A stretch of 24,280 nucleotides of DNA from a virus. Lineage: Duplodnaviria; Caudoviricetes. The stretch is from IMG/VR virus record IMGVR_UViG_3300032218_003441, positions 1 through 24,280 of that record, one strand, 5' to 3'. Under the pieces are notes generated by a model. That model saw only the letters and a program-made list of their open reading frames with translations. It did no database searches and was not told the origin of the DNA. Positions within the stretch are counted from its first letter, which is position 1; every line of letters begins with the position of its first letter. Position numbers and translations under genes: made by a program. Positions 6,513-17,255 of the stretch are shown here, one piece after another.

Positions 6513-7473
6513 TTAACTTCTCAATATTTTCAACATAAAGTTTTACTAATCCTTCCCAGGAAAAATTATTCACAGCAAATTCTCTAATATCATCTCTCAT
6601 AGTAATTGAGATTTCACGATTTTCTTTAATCTTTTTCTCTACAAAAGAAATATCATTTAATTTATCGTCGGGAATTATTGTAACATAAGAAAGATCATCC
6701 GGCAAATCATGTGCCGCACATTTAGAAATAACTACACCCAATCCAGCAATCATTGCCTCTTTCACAACTAATGGAGTTCCATTTTCGCCAGAAGAAAATA
6801 AAACCATATTTGCATACTCAGTTATTCTATCATATACTTCTTTTTTAGACCACTCCCCTAAGTAATTTTTATTAACATCAAAATTACTTCTATCACCAAT
6901 TGGACCAACAAAATCAATTGAATCAATAGACTGATAAATCCATTGATTTTTACGAGGATGAATTTGTCCCAAGTATAAAGATTTATCTGGTTTTAGTGCC
7001 TTTTTATTATATCCAAAACTTTTATGATTTGCTCCATTCTCACATAAAATTAATTTGCTCTCATCAGCACCAGCATTTTTAAAGGTCTCATAATCTTTTT
7101 TGGAAACACAAAAAATATAATGCTTTGTATTTTTAATGATCCAATCAAAAGTTTTATCATATCCATCACGACGATGCATATGAGGTTGATCAATATATGG
7201 ATAATGGCTACTCATTGCCAGTTTTGGAATGTCAGTCTCTTGCGCAATTCGATCCATAATAGGATGAAACACATCGTAATGTAGATGTGCAAAGTCATAC
7301 TGATCCTCTTTCAAGTATGAAAGAATTTCATCCCAATCTGGAGTATTGATAATTGTACCCGTGTGTCCAAGTTCATCCAACTCAAGGGCATAGTCCCAAA
7401 TTAAACTTTCAACAGCTCCCCACCCATCTGGCGGAATAGGCATAATACCTGGACCAATTAATGCTATCTTCAT
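6502..7473 (-). CDS. GT-B glycosyltransferase (GT4-like), paralogue of the adjacent gene
   Basis: PIPPDGWGAVE, YLGQIHPRK and ENGTPLVVKEAMIAGLGVV. Confidence 0.88.
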   Translation of the reverse strand: MKIALIGPGIMPIPPDGWGAVESLIWDYALELDELGHTGTIINTPDWDEILSYLKEDQYDFAHLHYDVFHPIMDRIAQETDIPKLAMSSHYPYIDQPHMHRRDGYDKTFDWIIKNTKHYIFCVSKKDYETFKNAGADESKLILCENGANHKSFGYNKKALKPDKSLYLGQIHPRKNQWIYQSIDSIDFVGPIGDRSNFDVNKNYLGEWSKKEVYDRITEYANMVLFSSGENGTPLVVKEAMIAGLGVVISKCAAHDLPDDLSYVTIIPDDKLNDISFVEKKIKENREISITMRDDIREFAVNNFSWEGLVKLYVENIEKLNAN

Positions 7474-8300
7474 AAAGTTTTTTTAATAATTTGAATACCT
7501 TCAGATAAGGAAATTTTTGGTTTCCAACCTAGCAAGTCTTCTGCTCTGCTAGGATCAACTGCAATATAAACGGCACGGTTTAAACACTCTGTTGAATCAA
7601 GTTTTACATCTCCAATGTTATTTTTTAACAGATTGAGTACGTGGTTTAATGAATAACTATTTCCCTCACCGATCAAAAATGTATCACTTAAATTATACTT
7701 AATAGATGAAATTATTGCTGATACCACATCATAAAGATGAATCCAATCATAACTACTGTTTTGATTAGAATGTATCTGCATCACAGAATTATTCTTAAAA
7801 CAACTTATATATTTGTCAATAAATCCATTTACTCTGTCCAAACCCACATCACCACCATAAACATTAGTTACTCTCAAAACAATGAATTTTGCTCCAGTAT
7901 TTTGAGTTAAAATATTTCCATAATTTTCTAAAAGTAATTTATGTGATCCATGAATTGTCTTAGGAAATGGAACACTTTGTTCATTTTGAATTTTTTTATA
8001 ATAATTCCAATGAAGATCTCCACACGAAGATAGTAAAATTATTCTTCCAGTAGGGTTTTTATTTAAAAATTTTTTGAATAATTCCAATGAAAGATTGACA
8101 TCTTTCATATAAAGTTCGGCAGAGGAATCAATAGTATATCTAGTGTTTGAGGAAGATGCTAAATGAATTAATGTCGCATCTTCATGCACATCAAATTCAA
8201 TTCCATCTAAATTATCTCTGTAAGAAATTGGAATAAATTTTAAAAGATTTTTTTTAAGAGATCTGCCAATTAGACCATTAGATCCTGTTATATAAATCAC
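7470..8300 (-). CDS. NAD-dependent epimerase/dehydratase (extended SDR)
   Basis: TGSNGLIG, IHLA, LRVTNVYG, DWIHLYDV and LGWKPKISLSEGI. The catalytic YxxxK appears as HGSHK. Confidence 0.85.
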   Translation of the reverse strand: MIYITGSNGLIGRSLKKNLLKFIPISYRDNLDGIEFDVHEDATLIHLASSSNTRYTIDSSAELYMKDVNLSLELFKKFLNKNPTGRIILLSSCGDLHWNYYKKIQNEQSVPFPKTIHGSHKLLLENYGNILTQNTGAKFIVLRVTNVYGGDVGLDRVNGFIDKYISCFKNNSVMQIHSNQNSSYDWIHLYDVVSAIISSIKYNLSDTFLIGEGNSYSLNHVLNLLKNNIGDVKLDSTECLNRAVYIAVDPSRAEDLLGWKPKISLSEGIQIIKKTL

Positions 8301-9151
8301 AATTGATATGCCTCAGAAATAATTTTTAACACTTCTTTTGGATAATCAATATCTAAAGGATCATTGCCATGGACAACACGGTGCCTATAAATGTTGCAAT
8401 GAACAAAAATTACAGGGTTGTAATCCTCATCAAAAACATTTTTACCCACTAAAGTACCATCATCATCGATCTCTAGATCCATACTAATATTATTTCCTTT
8501 TGGACAAACATTAAGACATCCGCCCAAATTTACAATATTATCTTTAAAAATAGAACTAAAGAAAAATTCATCTGTCAGTGATGATATTTTGCCATCATAG
8601 ATATCATTAAAATCATCATAACATTTAACAACTTTCTCAAATAATTCTCTATTCTTAGTGGTATTTTTAAAAAGAAAAACACCACCAGCATAGTATGGAG
8701 TATTTAAAGTTGTTTCTAAATTCTCCAAAGTTTGAACAAAAACTTGTCTATCATGAGCAGGAGTTGCCATATTATAATAATGATTAAAAGTAGGAACCCA
8801 CCAATGCTGAGCAGATCCAGCTTTATCTCCAATTATATCAAAAATATCTTCAAAAAAGTCATTAATTAAAACTGTGTCACAATCAAAATAAACCGCATAC
8901 TCAGTATCAATTTCTAATGCCCTAACATATTTTTCTCTCCAATAAAGATATCCAATATCTTTTTTTGATGTATTTTGCTGATTGCGACAATCAACAGTTT
9001 CAGAATATTCATTTTCAAATTTTCCACCAAAATCAAAAACTTTAATTTTAGATAAAGGAATTTTTTTATGGATAGATTCTACTGCTAGTTTGGTTGCATC
9101 ATAAAAATGATCATCTCCGCCCATTACGGTATAAAAAGTTATATCTTTCAT
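8297..9151 (-). CDS. GT-A glycosyltransferase (GT8-like)
   Basis: VYFDCDTV (DxD), YYAGGVFLF, TDE and IFVHC. Confidence 0.7.
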   Translation of the reverse strand: MKDITFYTVMGGDDHFYDATKLAVESIHKKIPLSKIKVFDFGGKFENEYSETVDCRNQQNTSKKDIGYLYWREKYVRALEIDTEYAVYFDCDTVLINDFFEDIFDIIGDKAGSAQHWWVPTFNHYYNMATPAHDRQVFVQTLENLETTLNTPYYAGGVFLFKNTTKNRELFEKVVKCYDDFNDIYDGKISSLTDEFFFSSIFKDNIVNLGGCLNVCPKGNNISMDLEIDDDGTLVGKNVFDEDYNPVIFVHCNIYRHRVVHGNDPLDIDYPKEVLKIISEAYQL

Positions 9152-10149
9152 ACTTCATTATTATATACTTTAAGGATTGAACCGCAACGATTCAAATAAG
9201 TATGATGATCCCGAACGACATTCATTTGATGTTCTATGAGATCATAGTTAGTAATATTTGCTTCAGTGTCAAAGAACAAATTATAAGTGTTACTATTATA
9301 TACAATATCTCCATCAAATAGATCACTGACAATTTTAGAATTAGTCATCCCAACTTGACCATAGCTAATATTCTTAAAAACCCGACAGGGAATATATCCA
9401 GTTTTTAAATGATTACATCCAGTATCTGGATTATCATCACCTAGTCCAACACCACGAATATCAGGTGCAATATAAGATTCTTGCACCAATTTTTTATTCT
9501 CTTCCCAGGAGAGAGGATTGCGCCAAGGATCATTATGAATAAACTCAACACCAACAGAAGCACATGCTCTAGCAAAGGGTTGAATTTGCTCAATGTTGGA
9601 TGATGAGATACTTCCAACATAATAAGACTTCCTTTGCCTTGGAATTTTCATATCATCATAATTAAATTCGTGCGGAAGCAAATCCGTTGCCCAACTTAAA
9701 TAAATTGCTTCATATTCACGACGATCCCTTACCCATTGAGAATTTAAACCGTCTGTAGATGCAGTCTTTTGATAATATTCACATGCCCCAATCTTGATTG
9801 GATTTTCCTCAGAAAAAACATATGAATAATTGACATCATTTAACTCCTTTACATTATATCTAATGTCAACAAGCCTAACTCCTTTATCAAGATACTTGTA
9901 AGGATCTTTACAGCAATGAACAAAATACGTTGACGAATCTACAATAGGTAAATTTGTGTCATCAAATCCTTCAGTAATGATTAAACTATTCCCATAATCA
10001 AAATCAGTAGGATCTGGATATTCCTCATTGTTAAACCAATGAACTTCACATCCCATATGTTCAAATCCTTTTTTGAACCCACCATGAATGTATGAGTGAG
10101 TATGTGAGTGTAAGGGATGTCCCCAAATAATAACTTTTTGTTTGGTCAT
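9148..10149 (-). CDS. Putative glycosyltransferase (CgeB-like C-terminus)
   Basis: SYYVGS, YIPCRVFKNISYG and HHTYLNR, plus cluster context. Confidence 0.55.
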   Translation of the reverse strand: MTKQKVIIWGHPLHSHTHSYIHGGFKKGFEHMGCEVHWFNNEEYPDPTDFDYGNSLIITEGFDDTNLPIVDSSTYFVHCCKDPYKYLDKGVRLVDIRYNVKELNDVNYSYVFSEENPIKIGACEYYQKTASTDGLNSQWVRDRREYEAIYLSWATDLLPHEFNYDDMKIPRQRKSYYVGSISSSNIEQIQPFARACASVGVEFIHNDPWRNPLSWEENKKLVQESYIAPDIRGVGLGDDNPDTGCNHLKTGYIPCRVFKNISYGQVGMTNSKIVSDLFDGDIVYNSNTYNLFFDTEANITNYDLIEHQMNVVRDHHTYLNRCGSILKVYNNEV

Positions 10150-10177
10150 AAAAAACTCCGATTAATTTTATTGTTTA

Positions 10178-11017
10178 TTAAATTCCATTATAATATGGAT
10201 GATTGATTTCCAGATAATTTTTAATTCTTTGGGTATAAAAGTTATCTGAGTTTTCTAAATATTCTTCTCCATAATTTAAATTATACTCCATAATAGAAGA
10301 CTTGTGTAAGGGAAACATACAGGTAGATGATCGATATGTTGTGTCTTCTAATTTTACATCATTAATACTCTCAATGACATTTTCTGGTAATTTTTCCATA
10401 TCCAATTTTTCTAAAATTTGATTTGCAATATAGAAAAATATTATACTAGTAGGATGATGAGGTATTAAAAATAAAAGATCATCTTTAATTTTTTTTTCAA
10501 TAAATTCAGAAACATTAATATCAGTTATAGTTTCCTTTTGTTTCAAAATATTAATACTATTTTCAAATCTTTCTTTATATCTCCAATCAATTTTATTTTC
10601 TAAAAAGAGAGAAATTATTTGTTCATAACTCATTTTTTGAGATACTAACTCATCAATAACTTCACCTCCCCACCACCTATTTTCATTTTCTTTTGCTTGA
10701 ACTATTGGCCACATTGCAGAAGAATATACATAAGGAAATGAAATTTTTATGCAAGAATTTTTTACATAATAACCAATTGATCCTTCAACTGTAGGATCTG
10801 TCGAATAGCAACCATGAACAGGTCTAAGTGGTTGATACACAAATAAATCTGCAGATTGTATATCATTCATTGGAATTGCAGTTTTATTTTCAATGAGTTC
10901 CCAATTTGCATATATTTTTGTTTCATAATTTTGAGAGAACTCTTTACTTTTTAAAAGATAATGCTTTACCCCTCCATTTTGACAATTTCCAATAAAAAGT
11001 GCTTTTAATTTATTCAT
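10178..11017 (-). CDS. WcbI-like polysaccharide biosynthesis protein (putative acetyltransferase)
   Basis: FIGNCQ, ADLFVYQP and LFLIPHHPT motifs. Start is MNKLK at 11017, overlapping the upstream gene. Confidence 0.75.
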   Translation of the reverse strand: MNKLKALFIGNCQNGGVKHYLLKSKEFSQNYETKIYANWELIENKTAIPMNDIQSADLFVYQPLRPVHGCYSTDPTVEGSIGYYVKNSCIKISFPYVYSSAMWPIVQAKENENRWWGGEVIDELVSQKMSYEQIISLFLENKIDWRYKERFENSINILKQKETITDINVSEFIEKKIKDDLLFLIPHHPTSIIFFYIANQILEKLDMEKLPENVIESINDVKLEDTTYRSSTCMFPLHKSSIMEYNLNYGEEYLENSDNFYTQRIKNYLEINHPYYNGI

Positions 11018-11744
11018 AAAAATATCCAAAATGTTCGTAATATTGTTTATAATGATGAACAATTGCGTATTTAGGATCCATCCAATTTGGATTTGTTGTT
11101 GTTTCAGTAAAATAAGGATTGACGGTATATTCTTTTTTACAAAGACAATAATAAACAGTCATCCAAATATCCACCCATCCAATATTAGGATATAAATTTT
11201 TCTTAATATAATCAAATTCTTCATCAAATATTTTTACTATTCTATTATAGTTTTCAACAAAAGTCTTTGTTTTAAAAATTGATCCTCCTGGCATTCCAAA
11301 CCAATTATTGTAAAACTTGGCATCATATTTTTCAGTAAGATAATCAATCAATTTTTGTTCAATGACATTACCGGGAGCATACAATCCAGAAAATTCAACA
11401 TCATTTTCAACATTAATATTTCCTTTAATCAAAACATCATCTTCCATCATCATAATATGATCTGACTCTGCAACAGTGCAAGCCAAATAAAATCTATGTA
11501 ACCACTCCAAAACTTCATCTTTTTCCATCCCGTAAATTCCTGATGGATGATTTTCATCTCTTAGCCCAAGATTCCACTCTGAATGGTAATAATGACAATT
11601 ATATTTGTTTGCAATATCAGAAAAATCCTCTCCCCCATCAGAAACTAAAAAATAAGGACCATCATTATACATCCTAAAATTTTTAACTGCCTCTTCTGTT
11701 GCTTTTTTATTTTTAAATCCCTGATGAAAAGCCGCCAAAATCAT
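11010..11744 (-). CDS. Putative GT-A glycosyltransferase
   Basis: FLVSDGG, MMMEDDV, GGSIF and IVHHYK. Confidence 0.65.
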   Translation of the reverse strand: MILAAFHQGFKNKKATEEAVKNFRMYNDGPYFLVSDGGEDFSDIANKYNCHYYHSEWNLGLRDENHPSGIYGMEKDEVLEWLHRFYLACTVAESDHIMMMEDDVLIKGNINVENDVEFSGLYAPGNVIEQKLIDYLTEKYDAKFYNNWFGMPGGSIFKTKTFVENYNRIVKIFDEEFDYIKKNLYPNIGWVDIWMTVYYCLCKKEYTVNPYFTETTTNPNWMDPKYAIVHHYKQYYEHFGYFYE

Positions 11745-12847
11745 AAACTTATCTCCGATTTAAATTTGTTATATGCTGACTCAATCACAACATGCATATC
11801 CATATATTTGTATTCAGAAAGTCTACCACCAAAAATAAAATTAGTCAATGTTTTTGCTTTCTTTGAATATTCATTATGTATTTTATTATTATCCGAATCA
11901 TTTATTGGATAATATGGAATGATTCCCATAGTATAATCTTGAGGATATTCATGGGTAATGACAGTTACATCTGACTTTGTTTTTTCAAAATGCTTATGCT
12001 CAATTGAACGTGTTGAAGAAAAATTTTTATCCGGATAATTTATAACCGCATTTCCTTGAAAATTTTCACTAGTTACTAAATGCTCTACAAAGTTTAGAGA
12101 TCTATAGTTAAGTTGACCAAACTCATAGTCGAAAAATTCATCTATACAACCAGTAAATACAACTTTTTTAGCAATAGAATCAAAATATTGTTTGCCATTA
12201 AAATAATCTACGTTTAATCTAATTTCTATTCCTTCTAACATTTTTTCAAACATTAAAGTATATCCACCAATTGGAATACCTTGATACTTATCATCAAAGT
12301 AATTATTATCAAAAGTAAATCGAAGAGGAAGTCTTTTAATAATAAATGCGGGAAGTTCTACCGGCGATCTTCCCCACTGTTTTTCCGTATATCCTTTAAT
12401 TAAAGTTTCATAAATGTCTTTACCAACCAAAGAAAGAGCTTGTTCCTCAAGATTAGTAACCTTACCAGTATATCTTTGAGATTCTATTATTTTTTTCGCT
12501 TCATCTGGAGTTTTTGTTCCCCATAATTCATAAAAGGTATTCATATTAAAAGGTAATGAATACAACTTTCCATTAGAGTATGCTTTTGGAGAATTAATAT
12601 AATTATTAAAATTTGCAAATCTATTCACAAAATTCCAAACAGTTTCATTTGAAGTATGAAAGATATGAGCTCCATACTTATGAACATTAATTCCCTCTAT
12701 TTTCTCAGTATAGCAATTACCCGCAATATGATTTCTTTTATCTATGATAAGACAAGACTTGCCAGCATCTGTAGCAAGTCTTGCAAAAGTAGCACCAAAA
12801 AGACCACAACCAACTATTAGATAATCATACTTTTTGTGCAAGTTCAT
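11741..12847 (-). CDS. glf: UDP-galactopyranose mutase
   Basis: GCGLFG FAD motif, HIAGNCY, HKYGAHIFHT, YTEKQWG, YFDDKYQGIP and GRLSEYKYMDM. Confidence 0.97.
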   Translation of the reverse strand: MNLHKKYDYLIVGCGLFGATFARLATDAGKSCLIIDKRNHIAGNCYTEKIEGINVHKYGAHIFHTSNETVWNFVNRFANFNNYINSPKAYSNGKLYSLPFNMNTFYELWGTKTPDEAKKIIESQRYTGKVTNLEEQALSLVGKDIYETLIKGYTEKQWGRSPVELPAFIIKRLPLRFTFDNNYFDDKYQGIPIGGYTLMFEKMLEGIEIRLNVDYFNGKQYFDSIAKKVVFTGCIDEFFDYEFGQLNYRSLNFVEHLVTSENFQGNAVINYPDKNFSSTRSIEHKHFEKTKSDVTVITHEYPQDYTMGIIPYYPINDSDNNKIHNEYSKKAKTLTNFIFGGRLSEYKYMDMHVVIESAYNKFKSEISL

Positions 12848-13772
12848 AATACTTATCTAAAATATCAGTTTTATTTAATTCAGGTCTCTGTGTAAAATAA
12901 GAATAATGCACAGCAATAGTTCCGCCAACAATAGCACTTTTTTTATTGGCATATGCTGGATAAAAAGTTGTCAACCAACTTTCATCTTCACTAGATTTTA
13001 CATCACCACCAAACTCTTTAAAATCACTTCCTCTCCAACAAGATACATTAATTGATACCGATTCATGCCTATTTAAAATAATATTAGGAATCTTCAATTC
13101 TTCAATTTTTCCTTCTTTATAAATTTCTTGGAAAAGATTTAAAAGATTATATGCAAATACAGAATCTCCCCAATAAATTGGACAAAGCAGTGCTTGTTCA
13201 GGAATAACTTTAGCAAGTCTAGGTTCATTGTGATCATCACTCATAGTTTCATTAAGATTGCTAAGGTGATCAGAAACTTGATCGTAATAAAAAGGCCAGA
13301 GTTGTGAACAAACTTTTGATTCTGGAATATTAAGCACTCCAGATTCTCTCATATAATGAGTACACCAAGTGTTATTAATGATTAACGGATATGCAAGAAA
13401 ATATTCTGGATTCTCTAATTTAAAATCAATAAGTTTCTCAAACATACCGTCTTCAATAAAGATGATGTCATCATCTAACTTAAAGTAAAACGTATCCTCA
13501 TCAGTACAATAATTATAAAAATGTTTTACATTTGATGCTCTTCCTTTTTGGTCTTCCCAAAGTTCTGTGCAACCATCTTTTAAAACAACGAAATCTTTAT
13601 TCGATTCATAATAACTTTGAATAAAATCCAAGTCACTTTGAACATTTGTGTTTACCCACAAATGATGCTCATCAACAATTCCCCTGTTCCTCAAAACGAG
13701 AGGAAAGAGAATTCTCATAGATTGTTCTCTACCAACAGGAGAAACTACAATAACCTTTTTGCCTTTATACAT
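12825..13772 (-). CDS. Putative GT-A-fold glycosyltransferase
   Basis: SPVGR, YFKLDDDIIF, SINVSCW, DESW and HYSYFTQ. Confidence 0.6.
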   Translation of the reverse strand: MYKGKKVIVVSPVGREQSMRILFPLVLRNRGIVDEHHLWVNTNVQSDLDFIQSYYESNKDFVVLKDGCTELWEDQKGRASNVKHFYNYCTDEDTFYFKLDDDIIFIEDGMFEKLIDFKLENPEYFLAYPLIINNTWCTHYMRESGVLNIPESKVCSQLWPFYYDQVSDHLSNLNETMSDDHNEPRLAKVIPEQALLCPIYWGDSVFAYNLLNLFQEIYKEGKIEELKIPNIILNRHESVSINVSCWRGSDFKEFGGDVKSSEDESWLTTFYPAYANKKSAIVGGTIAVHYSYFTQRPELNKTDILDKYYELAQKV

Positions 13773-13781
13773 TTTATAACC

Positions 13782-14453
13782 TCATTTTTCAAAAGTAAAA
13801 GATGCTACCTGCAGTTTAGTTCCATTATATGAAATATCAAAATCAGTATTTTCACTTTCAACTTCATAATCGCCACAGAGTTTTAAACCAGACGATTCAA
13901 CAATTTTTATAATAGACAATGGGGGAATAAATTCTCCACCAGTATTATTAATATCAACGTCAGTTGTTATAATAAATTTTCCTTTAGTTTTTAGAACGCG
14001 ATAAACTTGATCAGCAATATTCTTCCATCCCATATTCGAATACTCATCCGTAAAAGAAGCATTGAAATGTGTTACTGCACAAACATCTGTGAATACATCT
14101 ACAGAATTATCGTCCATCATTTTTACTTCTGCAAGCGCATCATTAAGAATCATTTTGACAAGGCTGTTACTACAAAAATGATTAGTATTCATAATATCAA
14201 TTCCTGTTACATCATGTCCAAATGAGGCAATAATGTGTGGAGTACATCCATCACCAGAACCCAAGTCAATAACTTTTAATTTTTTATTTTTTGTTTCAAT
14301 TTTTTGAAATTCTAAAACTACCGATATCCACTTAAGAACTGCATCATCTTTTCCCCACAGATCCCTATGAGGAAACTTCGCATCATATTGATTTTCTAAA
14401 ATTATATTTCTGAAATGAAGAAGATCTTCAGTGTTTAAAACTTTGTTTGTCAT
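13782..14453 (-). CDS. Class I SAM-dependent methyltransferase
   Basis: VIDLGSGDG, VTGIDI and YRVLKTKGKFII. Confidence 0.88.
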   Translation of the reverse strand: MTNKVLNTEDLLHFRNIILENQYDAKFPHRDLWGKDDAVLKWISVVLEFQKIETKNKKLKVIDLGSGDGCTPHIIASFGHDVTGIDIMNTNHFCSNSLVKMILNDALAEVKMMDDNSVDVFTDVCAVTHFNASFTDEYSNMGWKNIADQVYRVLKTKGKFIITTDVDINNTGGEFIPPLSIIKIVESSGLKLCGDYEVESENTDFDISYNGTKLQVASFTFEK

Positions 14454-14458
14454 TTTTT

Positions 14459-15214
14459 TTAAAATCTAGGTAAAGTAATTACAATGGGAAGTGCCTGAAT
14501 ATCAATTCCAAAACAATCAACCATCTTTCTATGTAGCAATTCATGGCACCAGGCATTTTGATTTTCTCTCATGCATTTATCAAGTATAAGTTGAAAAACA
14601 GGAAACACGCTCATAAATGCATCCATAACATCAGAACCACCAAAGTTAAACCAATCATTAATCATACCATCAGGTTGATTCATAGTTCCAGTAAAGTTAA
14701 TAACCTCAGGATTATTGTGCTCATACTTCATTTTAGTATGAACTATAGCATCAGTTCTACACCGAATAACCCAATCATATTTAAAGTCATTTGCATATTC
14801 ATGCAATTTTTTAAGTTTATTTACTTCATTCAAACTATAGAAATACGATAAGCAATTATTGATTGTTCTATTCCTATAATCAGGGTCTAAAGGATTGTCA
14901 ATTGAACCAGGCCAATATCTTCTCAAAGAGGTTTCAAAATGCAATTTAGAATCAATAAATTTTTTACTTGATTCGGTAATAATAGAGACAGGATTATAAA
15001 TTTTTTTAAAATCATCAATTGCATTTTCTGAAATTCTTTGATTGACCCAATCTCCAGCGCCACCATATTTGTAAGGTTCTTTTTGAAGAGATTCATCAAA
15101 CCAAAGATGCGCAAAAACATCAACATCATAATCTCTTATGACATTTTGTTTAATGTATTCTGAACATTCGGATACAAATCTAGGTTGACCAGAAAAACAT
15201 AATGCTATTTTCAT
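14459..15214 (-). CDS. Glycan-cluster hypothetical protein (possible glycosyltransferase)
   Basis: MKIALCFSGQPR, VDVFAHLW, YDWVIRCRTD and NDWFNFG, a pattern recurrent in viral glycan loci. Confidence 0.6.
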   Translation of the reverse strand: MKIALCFSGQPRFVSECSEYIKQNVIRDYDVDVFAHLWFDESLQKEPYKYGGAGDWVNQRISENAIDDFKKIYNPVSIITESSKKFIDSKLHFETSLRRYWPGSIDNPLDPDYRNRTINNCLSYFYSLNEVNKLKKLHEYANDFKYDWVIRCRTDAIVHTKMKYEHNNPEVINFTGTMNQPDGMINDWFNFGGSDVMDAFMSVFPVFQLILDKCMRENQNAWCHELLHRKMVDCFGIDIQALPIVITLPRF

Positions 15215-16200
15215 AATTCAATTTCCATTGCTACTTGTTTAATTAATGATTCAAGATTTATATTGGGTTCCCAACCCAAAAGTTCTTTTGCTTTTTGATA
15301 TGAACCTTTAGAATACTTATTTGTTTCTTTTGCAACAATTTCTTTATCTAATGGATAATATCCACTAAAAAGTTCTGGATAAGTATCCCAAAGTCTTGTT
15401 GATTCTCTGTATATAGGTTGAATAAAAGATTCAAATTTTTCAGAAACATACTGTACAATTTGATTTACAGAAAGAAGAACACCCGTACATACATTAAAAG
15501 TATCGTCAGGTCGTTTATCTAGGCAAATATCAATCAATCTTACTACATCATCTACATGAATATAATCTCTTGCCTGTTCTCCATTAGAATGTAGAATTGG
15601 TCGATTGTCTTGTTTAATTTCTCTTACAAGATAATTTAATAGTGGAGGATTTTTCCTATGAATATCCTGTCTTGGACCAAACACATTAAAAAACCGAAGA
15701 GTTGTAATTGTCATATTATAATTAATACGATATGACTCACAAATTTCTTCTGCCATTTTCTTTGAAAGAGAGTACCAAAGACGTGGATTTACATCAAGAT
15801 TTTCAGTGAATACTTTTTCCTTGTTGTTTTCATAAATTGCACTAGTGCTGGCAAAGATTACATGAGGAACATTCCATTTTCTAGCACATTCCAAAACATT
15901 CATTGTACCTGCAACATTAACATCAATAGTATCTACAGCATTAACCTCACAGTCAGGAAGTGCTGTTATTGCTGCAAGGTGAATAATACAATCATACACA
16001 CCAATTAATTTATCAGATAATTGAGGATCACAAATATCTTGATTATAAAAATCTCCAAATGGTTTGCCACCAATCAATAAATTTTCTTCATATCCATTTC
16101 TAAGATTATCTACAAGAGTAAGATAATGACCTTTCTTAGAAAGATACTGACCAAGAGTAGATCCAATTCCACCAGCTGCACCAGTCAAAAGAATTCTCAT
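15211..16200 (-). CDS. NAD-dependent sugar epimerase (GalE/WcaG-like)
   Basis: TGAAGGIG, IIHLAA, FASTSAIY, YSLSK, LRFFNVFGP and RDYIHVDDV. Confidence 0.92.
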   Translation of the reverse strand: MRILLTGAAGGIGSTLGQYLSKKGHYLTLVDNLRNGYEENLLIGGKPFGDFYNQDICDPQLSDKLIGVYDCIIHLAAITALPDCEVNAVDTIDVNVAGTMNVLECARKWNVPHVIFASTSAIYENNKEKVFTENLDVNPRLWYSLSKKMAEEICESYRINYNMTITTLRFFNVFGPRQDIHRKNPPLLNYLVREIKQDNRPILHSNGEQARDYIHVDDVVRLIDICLDKRPDDTFNVCTGVLLSVNQIVQYVSEKFESFIQPIYRESTRLWDTYPELFSGYYPLDKEIVAKETNKYSKGSYQKAKELLGWEPNINLESLIKQVAMEIEL

Positions 16201-17255
16201 TTTAAATAATCCACTAAGTTATCAGAATTTCTTGGAATATTAATCGCACTACATGAAGGATATGGATTACTTTTTGCAAAATCATTAATCAAAACTCTTT
16301 TGCAATGAGGAAGCCCAGTAATCAATTCATCATAAGGCATTCCTTTACCTTTCATTTCAGCAATTGTCAAATCTCTCATATGATGAGGTCTACTTGTAGT
16401 AAGAATAATTTTAACTTTTCCAGAATCGTAAAGTTTTCTCAGGTAATCAATATTATTTTCCAGAGGACTTCCACTTCCAACATAAGGAGGAAAATGAATT
16501 GAAGAATTTGTAACTAAAGTACCATCAATATCTACAAATAAACATTGATATTGACTTTTATAATTATTCCAAGAGTCTATGGTTCCCCAATCTTTAAAGT
16601 TAGTAGTTACTAATCCGGTAAACTTACTTCCAGATAAAATCATTTCAAAGATTACATTGCTAATATAACATTCCCCATCCAGATCTTTTATTTTTTCATA
16701 AGCAGAACAAAACTCTTGGGCATTTTGAAACCCATACCCACCAACAGAAAATGTAGAGCTAATAACTTTCTTTTCTACAATATTAGTGACAAGACCATTA
16801 ATATCAAGTTCAATATAACTTTTAGTTCTTGCATTAATATTATCCATATCATTTAAATCAAAAAATGCTATTTGATTATTTTCATCAATAAAATCACATT
16901 CATAATACCCATCAGAATCCTTAATGAATATAAATCCTTCTATTGCTGCCAATTGAATTGTATTATAAACTGTCTCCGACTGAGAATCGGTTTGTTTATC
17001 TAAAAATAAAATTTTAGATTTATTTCTTAATCCACATTCATCCAATTCAGAAATAAATCCATCATAAAATTGATATTTCTTTTCATGCTCAGAAAGAAAA
17101 ACAAAATAGATAGTATCAAAAAAATCTAAATTAATACCCGATATTGCTTCTGTCACCATAAACCTATTTGACATTGGATGTGTTAGCATCCATTTTGGCC
17201 GCATATTAGGAAATCTAGAAGACTTCCCCCCCATTGGCACAATTAAACTTCGCAT
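16197..17255 (-). CDS. Nucleotidyltransferase-like domain fused to a HAD phosphatase
   Basis: N-terminal PMGGKSSRF..PKWML and IVEKKVIS..VGGYGF. C-terminal FVDIDGTLV, LTTSR and LIND. Confidence 0.85.
   Translation of the reverse strand: MRSLIVPMGGKSSRFPNMRPKWMLTHPMSNRFMVTEAISGINLDFFDTIYFVFLSEHEKKYQFYDGFISELDECGLRNKSKILFLDKQTDSQSETVYNTIQLAAIEGFIFIKDSDGYYECDFIDENNQIAFFDLNDMDNINARTKSYIELDINGLVTNIVEKKVISSTFSVGGYGFQNAQEFCSAYEKIKDLDGECYISNVIFEMILSGSKFTGLVTTNFKDWGTIDSWNNYKSQYQCLFVDIDGTLVTNSSIHFPPYVGSGSPLENNIDYLRKLYDSGKVKIILTTSRPHHMRDLTIAEMKGKGMPYDELITGLPHCKRVLINDFAKSNPYPSCSAINIPRNSDNLVDYLK

Noticed and set aside
10091-10111. TATGAGTGAG TATGTGAGTG short repeat
   Set aside because: It encodes the His-rich HSHTHSYIH segment and is not an independent repeat element.
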